Of a stretch of 64,000 bases of DNA, positions 9,613-19,161 are shown in pieces. The position numbers and the translations under genes are program-made. This DNA comes from a virus. Taxonomy: Duplodnaviria > Caudoviricetes. The notes beneath the pieces are model-generated. The model was given only the letters and a program-made list of their open reading frames with translations, was not told where the DNA came from and did no database searches. Positions within the stretch are counted from its first letter, which is position 1, and every line of letters begins with the position of its first letter. The stretch covers positions 1-64,000 of the IMG/VR virus record IMGVR_UViG_3300011890_000001; one strand, 5' to 3'.

Positions 9613-10986
9613 ATGGGCATGTCAGAAAGGCTGCTCAGTATCAGCGCGGAGGCGATTAACTACCAGAGTCGGTCGCCTCTGTTGCTCGAACTGACTGCCG
9701 CCATCAACAACATGCGGGACCTGCAGAGCGGAACTGACTTCACCACGCTCAATAAGTCCAGCATCCCCAAGATCATCTTTGACCGCACCGGTCTGCGGTT
9801 TGAGATTCACCCGCACGATGGTCCCGCGCATGAGTTTGCAGCCAGCATTCGTGCGATGGATCACACCAACCCACTGCAGCGCGAGATGGCGCAGTCGCGC
9901 GTTGACAATCAAGGTCTCTTTGGCCCGGACGTTTCCGTTGCTGAGATCTACGAAGTCACCAACCAGGCATTGCGTCGCTGCCGTCAGCTGACCGGTAGCA
10001 TTGACCTGGCCAAGGGCCGTGTCTCTGGCGTCTTTTCGGAAATCCTGAATCCGCTGGTGGTCCCAGCTGCGGCTTTCACGAAGAGCTTCCCTTACAGCGC
10101 TGACGAAGTGGCTGCGGTCATCATTCACGAAATCGGCCATGTGTGGTCCGGCTTTGAATCCATCGTCAACGCTACTTCGATGAACGTCATTGCCGCCACC
10201 GCGGCAGCGGCTCTGAAGGACAGCCGAACCGACCAGGTCAACATTGCCCTGGTGGAAGAGTCGTTGAACTTCTTGGGTGTGAACGCCAAGGAAACCATCG
10301 ACATTGCGCGCAAGGCCGCTAAGCGCGATGACGCTTACGTCGTGATTCTCAAAAGCGCCATGGACAGCCGTCAGCACTTCATGAACACGTACGCGTCAAA
10401 CCGCTGGACAGGCGCTGTGTTCAACACGCTCAGCGACACCACCGAGTTCCTTGCCGATCAATTCGCGGCCCGTCACGGCGCTTCTGTGGCGCTTGCCAGC
10501 TTCCTGCAGAAGGCCAGTAAGGCTAATCCGAACTGGAAGCAGTCGGCCAATGCCATTGCCGCTACGGTGATGTCCTGCGGTATGCTTTCGGCACTGGCTC
10601 TGACGGCAGGTCCGGCGGGCGTTATCCCAGCTATCTTCATTCTGGGCATCACCAGCACGACGGTGGGTATTGCCAGTCTTCATGGTGCCGATCACAGCAC
10701 CACGATCTCTGAGCGCCTGGGCCTTCTGAAGCAGGACCTGGTCCAGTTGCTGAAGAACCCCAAGCTCAACGCCAAGCACCGTAAGGAAATCCTGGCTGAT
10801 CTGGAGCGCATCGAAGGTATCCGTAAGCTGTCCAAGGAAAACCTGAGCATCAGCAGCTTCCTGTCGCGTCATTTGATCCCGTCGGGTCGCCGTGCTGTTA
10901 AGCTGCGCGATTTCCAGCGTTCTCTGGAAGAACTCACCAACAACCCGCTGTTCGTCGCATCGCAGAAGATGCGCGACCTGGCATAA
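9613..10986 (+). CDS. virion head protein with zincin-like HExxH motif (phiKZ gp83-86-like family)
   Basis: HEIGH and downstream EFLADQFA; two hydrophobic helices; N-terminal S-A-E maturation-like site; TATG late-type motif upstream. Confidence 0.7.
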   Translation: MGMSERLLSISAEAINYQSRSPLLLELTAAINNMRDLQSGTDFTTLNKSSIPKIIFDRTGLRFEIHPHDGPAHEFAASIRAMDHTNPLQREMAQSRVDNQGLFGPDVSVAEIYEVTNQALRRCRQLTGSIDLAKGRVSGVFSEILNPLVVPAAAFTKSFPYSADEVAAVIIHEIGHVWSGFESIVNATSMNVIAATAAAALKDSRTDQVNIALVEESLNFLGVNAKETIDIARKAAKRDDAYVVILKSAMDSRQHFMNTYASNRWTGAVFNTLSDTTEFLADQFAARHGASVALASFLQKASKANPNWKQSANAIAATVMSCGMLSALALTAGPAGVIPAIFILGITSTTVGIASLHGADHSTTISERLGLLKQDLVQLLKNPKLNAKHRKEILADLERIEGIRKLSKENLSISSFLSRHLIPSGRRAVKLRDFQRSLEELTNNPLFVASQKMRDLA

Positions 10987-11003
10987 CTCCCTGGAATCAA
11001 AAA

Positions 11004-11402
11004 ATGAAAATCAATCTGTCCGATATCCATGACGTACTGCGTCAGACCGGCGCCACTGGCACCGATGCTGGCAACCTGGTGTCCGTTGCTGTGGGTCGTG
11101 TCCTGGCATACGGTCTGCCTCTGAACACTGAGGCCAAGTCGGCCTTCGAAGCCTTCCAGTCCATCGAGAAGCAAGCCGAAGCTTTCCTGGCCCCGATCAA
11201 TGAGCAGTTCCCGATCGACTTCACGAAGGTCATGCTGATCATCAGGGGTCTGTACGAAACTCGCTGGAACCTGGTCTTCCCGAGCTCGGTGCTGCAGCTT
11301 TGCAACCTGGTCGATCCGACCGCCGCAGCTTCCGGTGCCTACGGCGATCTGTCCCCGGCCGATCCGCGCGTCACCATGCTGATTGCTGAAATCTCCAAGT
11401 AA
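11004..11402 (+). CDS. hypothetical protein, probably virion-associated
   Basis: Follows the head protein gene with typical codon usage; terminator at 11406-11444. Confidence 0.7.
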   Translation: MKINLSDIHDVLRQTGATGTDAGNLVSVAVGRVLAYGLPLNTEAKSAFEAFQSIEKQAEAFLAPINEQFPIDFTKVMLIIRGLYETRWNLVFPSSVLQLCNLVDPTAAASGAYGDLSPADPRVTMLIAEISK

Positions 11403-11405
11403 GCG

Positions 11406-11444
11406 GCATAAGTAGAGCCCCGCCCGTTTGGGCGGGGCTCTATG
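11406..11444. terminator. bidirectional terminator
   Basis: GCATAA...TAGAGCCCCGCCC-GTTT-GGGCGGGGCTCTATG. Confidence 0.85.
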
Positions 11445-11468
11445 ACGTAAGTCGGCCTTCCCGGTGAA

Positions 11469-11816
11469 TTACTTCACCGCTGCGGTCTTCTTTTTGGCAG
11501 CCTTCTTGACGGCCTTCTTGGTCGCTTTCTTCGCGACGGTCTTCTTTGCAGTCGCCTTCTTGGCGGCGCGCTTTTCGGCGGCGGCCTTGGCGCGCTTGGC
11601 GTCGGCGATTTCTACGACCTGGGCCCGGAACTTGGATGCACGGACAAAGGTCTTGGTCATCGTGACCAGATCTTCTTCGCTGATCTCGGCCAGGTCCAGA
11701 TCGGCCTGCTTGATTTCCACCATGTCGACATGGTGGGTCTTAGCGAAAGCGTCAGTGACGCGGCGACCGCTCTTGACACTGTAGTGGAAGATACGTGCAG
11801 TGGCTTTCTTAGCCAT
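11469..11816 (-). CDS. histone H1-like Lys/Ala-rich basic protein
   Basis: C-terminal AAKKATAKKTVAKKATKKAVKK repeats; strong codon bias. Confidence 0.75.
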   Translation of the reverse strand: MAKKATARIFHYSVKSGRRVTDAFAKTHHVDMVEIKQADLDLAEISEEDLVTMTKTFVRASKFRAQVVEIADAKRAKAAAEKRAAKKATAKKTVAKKATKKAVKKAAKKKTAAVK

Positions 11817-11965
11817 GGTCTTTTCTCATTGGGTTGTTAAGGAAGGTGACGTTGGTCACTCACACATACCGCTACTGATGTTAAGAAAAACGTCAGTCCC
11901 TAAAACCTATGCTAAAGTAACACTCAATCTTATTTTGCTTTTAACCTGAGCAGGAGTAGTTTACA

Positions 11966-12403
11966 ATGTCCAATACCTCCCCGATCATTGCGGTTATCGA
12001 AGACCGCCTGAAGGGCTACATCGTCACCATGACGCCGGGCAAGACCGTCAGCGAGACGGAGATCCTCAAGCAGCAGCGCGTGCTTTGGACCGGCGTGTTC
12101 AAGGCCGTCCTGTCGATCTCTCCGCAGCATTTCGGAGAAGCCTGGGCTCTGGTGCTGCGCTACGTCAATGCCGAGTCGAAGGGTTGCTTCGACATGGCTT
12201 ACCGCAACCGCATGGTCAATGAAGCCATCGTTGACCGCAACGAGCGCCGTCAGTTCGAACGACTCATGCACCTGGCTTGTGTCACCGCTGACCCCAAGGC
12301 ACGTTCGCTCTCGCTGAAGCAGATCGACCTGGGTCTGGTGCTGGCCACCCTGAACGATGAGCGCCAGCGCCAGCTGTTCATGGAGTTCTACAACGCGCTG
12401 TAA
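11966..12403 (+). CDS. hypothetical protein
   Basis: AGGAG RBS; TATG motif near 11907; TTCG hairpin at about 12410-12429 downstream. Confidence 0.75.
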   Translation: MSNTSPIIAVIEDRLKGYIVTMTPGKTVSETEILKQQRVLWTGVFKAVLSISPQHFGEAWALVLRYVNAESKGCFDMAYRNRMVNEAIVDRNERRQFERLMHLACVTADPKARSLSLKQIDLGLVLATLNDERQRQLFMEFYNAL

Positions 12404-12478
12404 CCACCTGTCCCCGCTTCGGCGGGGACTTGTGCCGTTATCTTGTGATGACACCATTTCCCCTTTGGAGTAATACCC

Positions 12479-13213
12479 ATGCTAGCGCGCGATTGGATGA
12501 AGTTAACCTACTCGGTTGAAGCCAACCATGACTTCCATAACCGTAACCTGGAGGTCGTTGAGAAGCTCATCGAACATCTTGAAGATCGCGGCCCGCAGGG
12601 TAAGGTCTTTATCTCCCAGGAAGAAATTGACGTGGGTGCCTACTATGGCATGCATGTGCCACGCGTAGCCAGCCTGGAGTCCTACCGCGCCATTGCCAAG
12701 ACCATCGTTAATCGCATTACCCGCGATCAAGCCACCCTACAGCACCGTGTGGCGATGGAGAGTCTGGACCAAGGCGAGATCACCATGCCGTCCGTCCATC
12801 ATCTGTTGGCGGAGCTGATGAATCTGGAGAATAACTACCGGGTCCTACATTGGAATGCCGAAGGACTGGGTTATTACTCGCTCCACAAACTGACCGAAGA
12901 ACACCAAAGTGCAGTGACTTCCGAGATCGATCGCCTGGCTGAAGCCATCCGTGCTTGCAATATCAGGACGCTGGGTGGTCTGCATGAGGTTATCCGTATG
13001 CGCACTTCCACCGATCTGGTGACTTCTGAAGCACCGCCATCGACCAATGACATGTTGGCGCGACTGGTGAGTTACAACGAGGTCTTTGCTGCGCTGACGC
13101 AGCGTTACCTGGACGAACCGGAAGGCGAACATCGGTTCATTTGCCCGCTGTTGGAAGAACTGGTACTTTCTGCCAAGCATCGAACGATGCAGCTGAAAAG
13201 CAGTCTGACCTGA
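12479..13213 (+). CDS. Dps/ferritin-like protein with N-terminal extension
   Basis: Dps signatures HWNAEG...LHKL.EE and DRLAE; N-terminal ~94 aa contains SLE and AME motifs; GGAG RBS. Confidence 0.75.
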   Translation: MLARDWMKLTYSVEANHDFHNRNLEVVEKLIEHLEDRGPQGKVFISQEEIDVGAYYGMHVPRVASLESYRAIAKTIVNRITRDQATLQHRVAMESLDQGEITMPSVHHLLAELMNLENNYRVLHWNAEGLGYYSLHKLTEEHQSAVTSEIDRLAEAIRACNIRTLGGLHEVIRMRTSTDLVTSEAPPSTNDMLARLVSYNEVFAALTQRYLDEPEGEHRFICPLLEELVLSAKHRTMQLKSSLT

Positions 13214-13216
13214 GCA

Positions 13217-13252
13217 TCATAAGCCCCCACCCCGAAGGGTGGGGGCTTTATG
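13217..13252. terminator. bidirectional terminator
   Basis: CATAAGCCCCCACCC-CGAA-GGGTGGGGGCTTTATGC. Confidence 0.85.
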
Positions 13253-13260
13253 CAGTCGCC

Positions 13261-14346
13261 TTAGGAGCGGTACATGTCGGCGCTGTAGGAGCGATCCATC
13301 AGCTGACCGTACGCGGCCATCTGCGCGGCCATGACAGCTGCGCGATGGTATTCGTACTTAGAGACGATGGACGACAGGTAGCGAAGCAGGGACAGCTTCT
13401 CGCGGATCTCCTGGATTGCCTCTTCACTCTTCTGACGCCAGTGTGCCTGCGCGGTATCGCTCATCGGGGTACCTTGCAGAACCACCTCCTCTACCGCCCG
13501 TGCCGTCTGCAGTGCGATGACGTGCTTTTCGAGCATATCGCTTACCTTTTCGTAAGCGTTGATCGATTCTGCCGAGCGCATCACCGTCTTGTTGGTGGCA
13601 TCAATCACGTCCTGATTCTTGATGTCCTTCAGAGTGGTGATTTCAAAGAAGACCTTGGAGTGAGATTCGTTGTATGCCTTCAGGAAACCCTCACGAGTCT
13701 GGATCCCGGCCAACAGCTCGTAGAACTTGGTCTTGTCGCTCAGACCAAAGAAACCCAGCTTACCCAGGCCTTGACCGATGGCGTTGGTCAGTTTCTCAAC
13801 CGTCCCCCCAACCGGCAGTTCCTTGATCCAGCTGTACTGTGCCTGACTGGTAAAGAGATAGTCCACACCGGCCTTACCTGCGAACTGATTCACAGCGAAG
13901 GCATAGCCCGTCACTGAAGAGCCGTCCACGAACAGGGTGCGACCAGCGGCGATATTGCCGTTGATGTCAGAGGAGAGACCTTCGGCGTCGATACGTGCGG
14001 TGGCGTCGGTCTTGAATGCGTCGCCGGGCTTACCGCGGCGCTTGAACTCGTCGATCTTCTTGGCGAGGATGCGATTCTTGTCTCGGATGAAGTCAGCAAT
14101 TTTCTTGCCGACCATCTTGATGAAATCAATGACTGCCTTGCCGACCTTCTTGATGACCTCGACTGCCTTTTCGGCAAAGTCCTTAGCCTTGTCCTTCATT
14201 TCATCGATGGATTCCATCGACGCTGCGAAACCCTGCAGGAAAGAATCGACGTCGCGATTGGCCTCGCGAAAAGCTTCCAGCCCGACGGTCTCGAACTGTC
14301 CGATCTCCATCAGACCATTCTGGAAGCTTGCTTGAATGCGGTTCAT
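13261..14346 (-). CDS. internal head protein with protease-cleavable propeptide
   Basis: GLE and SME motifs followed by a Lys-rich amphipathic helix, the pattern seen in phiKZ-like internal head proteins. Confidence 0.7.
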   Translation of the reverse strand: MNRIQASFQNGLMEIGQFETVGLEAFREANRDVDSFLQGFAASMESIDEMKDKAKDFAEKAVEVIKKVGKAVIDFIKMVGKKIADFIRDKNRILAKKIDEFKRRGKPGDAFKTDATARIDAEGLSSDINGNIAAGRTLFVDGSSVTGYAFAVNQFAGKAGVDYLFTSQAQYSWIKELPVGGTVEKLTNAIGQGLGKLGFFGLSDKTKFYELLAGIQTREGFLKAYNESHSKVFFEITTLKDIKNQDVIDATNKTVMRSAESINAYEKVSDMLEKHVIALQTARAVEEVVLQGTPMSDTAQAHWRQKSEEAIQEIREKLSLLRYLSSIVSKYEYHRAAVMAAQMAAYGQLMDRSYSADMYRS

Positions 14347-14363
14347 TTTCTTTTGTCCTTGGT

Positions 14364-15653
14364 TTAAGAAAGCCAGCGACGGAAGTCGAGGCGTGCGGTT
14401 TTCAGACTCTTACCGTGCATCGCCTTCATGAAGACGTACATCAGTCGGGAGTCGATATCGGCGGTATAGGCGGCGATAGCCTGAGGTGTGCTGGCGATGC
14501 GGTCACCGCAGCAGATCTTACAGAAGTTAACGGGGGTGGATGCACAGTAGGCCGGACTACGGACTTCCCAGAAACGACCCACGACTTCTTCTTCGGTCAT
14601 GCTGTCGATGGCAACAGTCTTACCGTCGACCACCACATAGTGGCCGCGGAAGTGCGGATAGTTCTTGGCAGTGAGCTCAACCGTAACGCCCAGCTTCGAG
14701 CCACAGTCTTCATTGACCACTGTGCTGTTCTGGAACATTCGGTTACTGTTCTTCACGCCCACGCCGGCCAGTGCCGTCAATGCGCCACGGCTGTAGGAAC
14801 CGTCTCGCAGCTGGTTGTTGATGGCGTCGAACTTGGTCAGATCCCAACCTTCATCCAGCGACGTGGTGATGACCTGATCGTTAAGGCGGAAACCAGTAGC
14901 AACGCCTTGCAGGATGAACAGTTTCATGCGCGCCACATCGTAAGACTTGCTCTTGATGTAGAAGCGCTCGCCCGGATCCCCCTCCATCCACTTGCGATCC
15001 ATTGCCGAGAGTTCGGCCATGATCTTGGACAGAACCACCTTGTCGTTGATCTCGTGTGCGTGCTGCTTCAGCAGTTCGTCACGACGGCGAATCATCTCTG
15101 GGTCACAGGACATGGTCCGACGGGTAGCGGACGGAACACAGAGCTGCGTCAAGCCAGGTGCCTGGTTGAGAGCTTCGTTGAAGCGCAGGTACTCAGCAGT
15201 AGTGATGTTCTGCTCAGTGGGGGGCAGCGACTCATCAACCGGCTCGTCTTTCCAACGGGCGATGATAGTCTCTTCGATCTTACTGACCTTGAACCGATCG
15301 TTGATATACGGGATCTTGGCACCGAAGCCATAGACCAAGAACAGCTCATTGGACAGCGCATTACCATAGCTGGTGACGATGGTCTGTTCAAGATTACCGA
15401 TCTCACCCGGCTCCATCAGGACGACTTCTCCTGGATGGTAAAGCGGTTCATTGGGACCGATGTCCTCAATGTACTCGGGCTCAGAACCGCCCTCCGGAAT
15501 AAAGAATGGTCGACCTTCGGCATCGCGCTGAAGACCGCACGGGTAGTCGTGCTTTTTGTCAGTACCGCCCACAGCGAAGGCTTCGAGGATCCATCGCTTA
15601 TGGTAATGCAGCTTCAGCCGCAGCGACATTACGAAATAGTCACGCTTAAACAT
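14364..15653 (-). CDS. virion RNA polymerase beta' subunit fragment (phiKZ gp80-like)
   Basis: SLDEGW, RDGSYSRG..TA..G, EDCGS, VRSPAYC, FCKICCG, MKAMHG. Confidence 0.85.
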   Translation of the reverse strand: MFKRDYFVMSLRLKLHYHKRWILEAFAVGGTDKKHDYPCGLQRDAEGRPFFIPEGGSEPEYIEDIGPNEPLYHPGEVVLMEPGEIGNLEQTIVTSYGNALSNELFLVYGFGAKIPYINDRFKVSKIEETIIARWKDEPVDESLPPTEQNITTAEYLRFNEALNQAPGLTQLCVPSATRRTMSCDPEMIRRRDELLKQHAHEINDKVVLSKIMAELSAMDRKWMEGDPGERFYIKSKSYDVARMKLFILQGVATGFRLNDQVITTSLDEGWDLTKFDAINNQLRDGSYSRGALTALAGVGVKNSNRMFQNSTVVNEDCGSKLGVTVELTAKNYPHFRGHYVVVDGKTVAIDSMTEEEVVGRFWEVRSPAYCASTPVNFCKICCGDRIASTPQAIAAYTADIDSRLMYVFMKAMHGKSLKTARLDFRRWLS

Positions 15654-16476
15654 GACTCACTCCTTTGAGATACTCACGGATATCGCGGTCGATTTCCATC
15701 AGCTCGATAACTGAGTAGGTGGCGCTTTGGCGGACGTTCTTGAGCTTATCCTCGATCTCTTCAACCGGAAGCGGGGACGCCAGTGCGAACAACACCAGTT
15801 CCTTAGAGCACTGCTTAGCCGGCTTGGTGAGAATCTCGCTCAGGTGTCGATCCATCAGTATCTCGAAACTGGTGCCCAGCCGCAGGCCGTCTTCCAGAGC
15901 CACACTGAAGACGGAGTCCTTAGTGATGGGGTTCAGTTCTACAAAGCGACGCAGTCGGCCTTGTACGGTAGCGGCAACGATCGGGTTGATCGGTTCGACG
16001 CTCTCCAGACCCGGAACCAGGTCACGAATGCGTACCAGCAGTTCGGGCCGCACCAGTTCCAGATGCGGCAGACTCAACTCAGGCGAGAGTCCGTCGACAA
16101 CGTGCAGGATGTCGGCAAGCACTTCGACGTTATCGCCTTCAGAGTCCAGAGCAATTGAAATGCTCTCACGATCCTCGTAGTTTTCGATCATCGTCAACGC
16201 ACGGTAGATCGGATAGATATCGCGCAGTCCGGAATCTTCACTGACCCAGACGCCCATCTGACGCATAGCGCTGGCAACAGTCGCTTCGACCAGATTGGGG
16301 ATACTGTCCATGCCAGAACCTTCATCGCCGCGCTCGGCTTCGTAGATAGCTTCCTGGACTTGGAACACGTGAGATTCGATACCCTGATCGTACAACAGTT
16401 TGGTGCTGTTAAGAATCAGAGAACCCATCTCCGGCGTCGTGAAAGCATCGAGATAGCCTTCAAGTAGTTCAAACAT
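15646..16476 (-). CDS. conserved jumbo-phage protein (phiKZ gp79 position)
   Basis: GGAG RBS; overlaps the start of the vRNAP gene. Confidence 0.75.
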   Translation of the reverse strand: MFELLEGYLDAFTTPEMGSLILNSTKLLYDQGIESHVFQVQEAIYEAERGDEGSGMDSIPNLVEATVASAMRQMGVWVSEDSGLRDIYPIYRALTMIENYEDRESISIALDSEGDNVEVLADILHVVDGLSPELSLPHLELVRPELLVRIRDLVPGLESVEPINPIVAATVQGRLRRFVELNPITKDSVFSVALEDGLRLGTSFEILMDRHLSEILTKPAKQCSKELVLFALASPLPVEEIEDKLKNVRQSATYSVIELMEIDRDIREYLKGVSHV

Positions 16477-16584
16477 GCGTTTCTCCGAGTGAATAGGAAA
16501 ATTCGATAAAAGTTTACATTAGATAGCACTCATATGAGAACACCGCAATCCACCAACTTTTAGTTTTCTATGAGGTAGCTTCAA

Positions 16585-17028
16585 ATGAACCGTAAACGCG
16601 GGCATCAGAATAAGGACGACGGTCGCGTTTGGGACAGTCTGAATGCCGTATCTAACCGCACTCGCTCGCTACTGGGCATTGCCGGGCCGATCGGCGTACT
16701 GGCGACCACGGTGTACCAGGCGCGCAATAACAAAGAGTCCTGGCTCGACTTTTTCGATATGTCCGACTTCGTCAACAAGGCTCGGCAGTTGGAGGCCGAC
16801 CTGACACGCTACAAGTCGGAATTCGAATCCATTCGTAGTCAGCATGCCGGTAAGTCCGGCACGGAAGACAATCCGGACGAATGGCTGCGCTCCATCCAGA
16901 TCAATGAAAACTACCTGAGCTGGTCCGACAGTTTCAACAACTCGATCGTTCCGCTTTTCGAGAAAATGACCAACATGGTCATCGACGCACAGAAGAAAGC
17001 TGCCGCTTTGTCGACAGCGTCTTTTTGA
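16585..17028 (+). CDS. conserved helical hypothetical protein
   Basis: GAGG RBS; first gene of a divergent operon. Confidence 0.75.
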   Translation: MNRKRGHQNKDDGRVWDSLNAVSNRTRSLLGIAGPIGVLATTVYQARNNKESWLDFFDMSDFVNKARQLEADLTRYKSEFESIRSQHAGKSGTEDNPDEWLRSIQINENYLSWSDSFNNSIVPLFEKMTNMVIDAQKKAAALSTASF

Positions 17029-17064
17029 TCCCGCTGTACCCAACGTTGAGTAAAGGCAATAACA

Positions 17065-18699
17065 ATGAGTAACGAAAATACTCCGGGTCAGCTCCCGGAC
17101 AACTTCCCGGAAGCGGAAGAAGACATCATCGATCTGTCCTTGCTCGAAAAGAGCCAAGAAGTGAACTCCGATGTCGATAACACCGAACCCGCGCCTGCGG
17201 TCGACAATCCCGAAGGTGAAGAAGTAGCGCGTATCCTCCCGAAGGGTCCGTGTCCCAACTCGCAGCTCGACGCTGATCCGTCCGCGCCGTTCAAGAACGA
17301 TCGTCAGCGGGCCACGATCCCGGGCGGTAACCTGAACCTGCTCAATGCGCGCCAGACTGACCTGATGTCGATCCTGGAAGCATACCCGGCCCTGCGCCCC
17401 GAAGAATCCGTTGCCGGTATGCAGTGGCGCAACACGATCGCCGACAGCCGCCGTCATGGGACGCGTGACGATCAGGGTCTCAAGGCACTGACTGAAGAAG
17501 ACTCCGTCTGGACTCAGGTGATCCGTTCGCAGCAAGGCGAACCCAACAGCGCTGGCATCACTGCGGGTTCGCCCACCTTCGGTGAGCGTGAAGGTAATGG
17601 TGCCCTCGAAGGCGCCGCAGCAATGGCCTACCTGCAAAACATGCTGGGCACCGGTCAGGTCAGTCGTTTTCCGCTGTGGCACTCCGGTATTTGGCTGACC
17701 CTGAAGGCGCCGTCTGAAGACGCCCTGCTGGAGCTGGATACCCGCATCGCTCAGGAAAAGATCTCGCTGGGTCGCCTGACTCAGGGTCTGGCGTATTCCA
17801 ATACCCAGGTCTATATGGCCAGTCACCTGATCAACTTCGCACTGGATCACGTGATCGACTGTTCGGTGAAGGACTTCACTCCGGCCGAACTGAAGAAGCG
17901 CATCCTGGCAACTGATCTGCCGCCGATCCTGCTGTACCTGCTGACCACGATCTACCCGTCGGGTTACCGCTACAGCCGTCCGTGCCTGAACCATCCGGGC
18001 AAGTGTCACCACATCGTGGAAGAAGTGCTGAACCTGGCTCGACTGAACTGGACCAAGACCACGGCCCTGAACCAGTCCCAGCGTGCGCACATGCAGCGCA
18101 AGCACTCCAAGTTCACCGACCTGGAACTGGACAACTATCGAAACCAGCACGGCTACCTCAACAAGCGCACCGCTGTGTTGAAGTCCGTCGATCGCCAGGC
18201 GGGCACGGTGACCACCTCGGTGGAACTGAAGGTTCCGACCCTGGCCGAATACGAAGCTTCTGGTTTCGCTTGGATCGAAGGTATCGTCAGCGCCACCGAT
18301 GACGCCTTCGGTAGTCAGATGAACGAGACGGAACGTGATAACTACATCATGGCCCAGGCTCGTGTCACCTCGCTGCGCCAGTACGCGCACTGGATCGAGC
18401 GCATCACCTTCAGTGACGATCGCGTGATCGAAGATCGCAAGACCCTGGAGTCGGTCATCGGTACGCTGACTGGCGATCTGGAAGTCTCCAAGAACTTCAT
18501 CGACGCCGTGCGCAACTTCATCGACGCTGCCACCATCAGTCTGGTTGCCATTCCGTACTACACCTGCCCGCAGTGTGGCGAACCGGGCGAGCGTATCGAA
18601 GGTAATGACAAGCCGCACCTGATTCCGCTGAACGTGGAGTCGATTTTTTTTACCCTGCTCGCCCATCGTCTGGAAGGTCTGCTGACCCGATCCATCTAA
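17065..18699 (+). CDS. putative tail/baseplate assembly chaperone (phiKZ gp77-like; T4 gp26-like Cys motifs)
   Basis: Cys motifs YSRPC...KCHH and YTCPQCG; ends just after an ATT-TTT-TTT slippery site. Confidence 0.7.
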   Translation: MSNENTPGQLPDNFPEAEEDIIDLSLLEKSQEVNSDVDNTEPAPAVDNPEGEEVARILPKGPCPNSQLDADPSAPFKNDRQRATIPGGNLNLLNARQTDLMSILEAYPALRPEESVAGMQWRNTIADSRRHGTRDDQGLKALTEEDSVWTQVIRSQQGEPNSAGITAGSPTFGEREGNGALEGAAAMAYLQNMLGTGQVSRFPLWHSGIWLTLKAPSEDALLELDTRIAQEKISLGRLTQGLAYSNTQVYMASHLINFALDHVIDCSVKDFTPAELKKRILATDLPPILLYLLTTIYPSGYRYSRPCLNHPGKCHHIVEEVLNLARLNWTKTTALNQSQRAHMQRKHSKFTDLELDNYRNQHGYLNKRTAVLKSVDRQAGTVTTSVELKVPTLAEYEASGFAWIEGIVSATDDAFGSQMNETERDNYIMAQARVTSLRQYAHWIERITFSDDRVIEDRKTLESVIGTLTGDLEVSKNFIDAVRNFIDAATISLVAIPYYTCPQCGEPGERIEGNDKPHLIPLNVESIFFTLLAHRLEGLLTRSI

Positions 18700-19151
18700 T
18701 TGACCAGGAGAATCCTGAAGGGCACGTCATATTTCCGAGTTTTGGTATGCAGACGTGTCAATCTTTGGAGTCTGTGCGAGAACTTGCACGCGTTCTGAAG
18801 ACCTCCGGGATTCCTTCTCTGGACCCTTTTGCCACCCAGATCCTGCTGGCTGAGCTATACGACAAGAAGTTTGGCATCAATCAGCATGAAGACCCGAATA
18901 GACCAATCTCTTTGGTGGCCATGAACCCCAAAGAGAACTACGCCATTCAGGGTCGTCGCGAGCTACTGTTTCAGCAGTTCGCAATGTTTGGCATCGGGGA
19001 AAAGTTCAACATCTCTATCCGTGACTTTTTGAAGTGCTCTCGCGATGACGTGGATCGCATGATCCGCATTGCCGAAGAGGGCTACCAAGAAAAGGCTAAG
19101 AACGATGCGGCAACCGCTGCTCGCCTTGCAGCACTGGAAAATAGTAGGTGA
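18651..19151 (+). CDS. downstream ORF probably expressed as a -1 frameshift extension of 17065-18699 (first ATG at 18747)
   Basis: The -1 frame is open from 18609 to 19151 across the T8 run; no good RBS at 18747; C-terminal FNISIRDFL...DVDRM resembles T-type chaperone domains. Confidence 0.6.
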   Translation, partial: YPARPSSGRSADPIHLIDQENPEGHVIFPSFGMQTCQSLESVRELARVLKTSGIPSLDPFATQILLAELYDKKFGINQHEDPNRPISLVAMNPKENYAIQGRRELLFQQFAMFGIGEKFNISIRDFLKCSRDDVDRMIRIAEEGYQEKAKNDAATAARLAALENSR

Positions 19152-19161
19152 GGACAATTAG

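Noticed and set aside
9613-10986. Calling the HExxH protein an active metalloprotease system
   Set aside because: This motif occurs in a known phiKZ-like head protein family and activity cannot be shown from sequence
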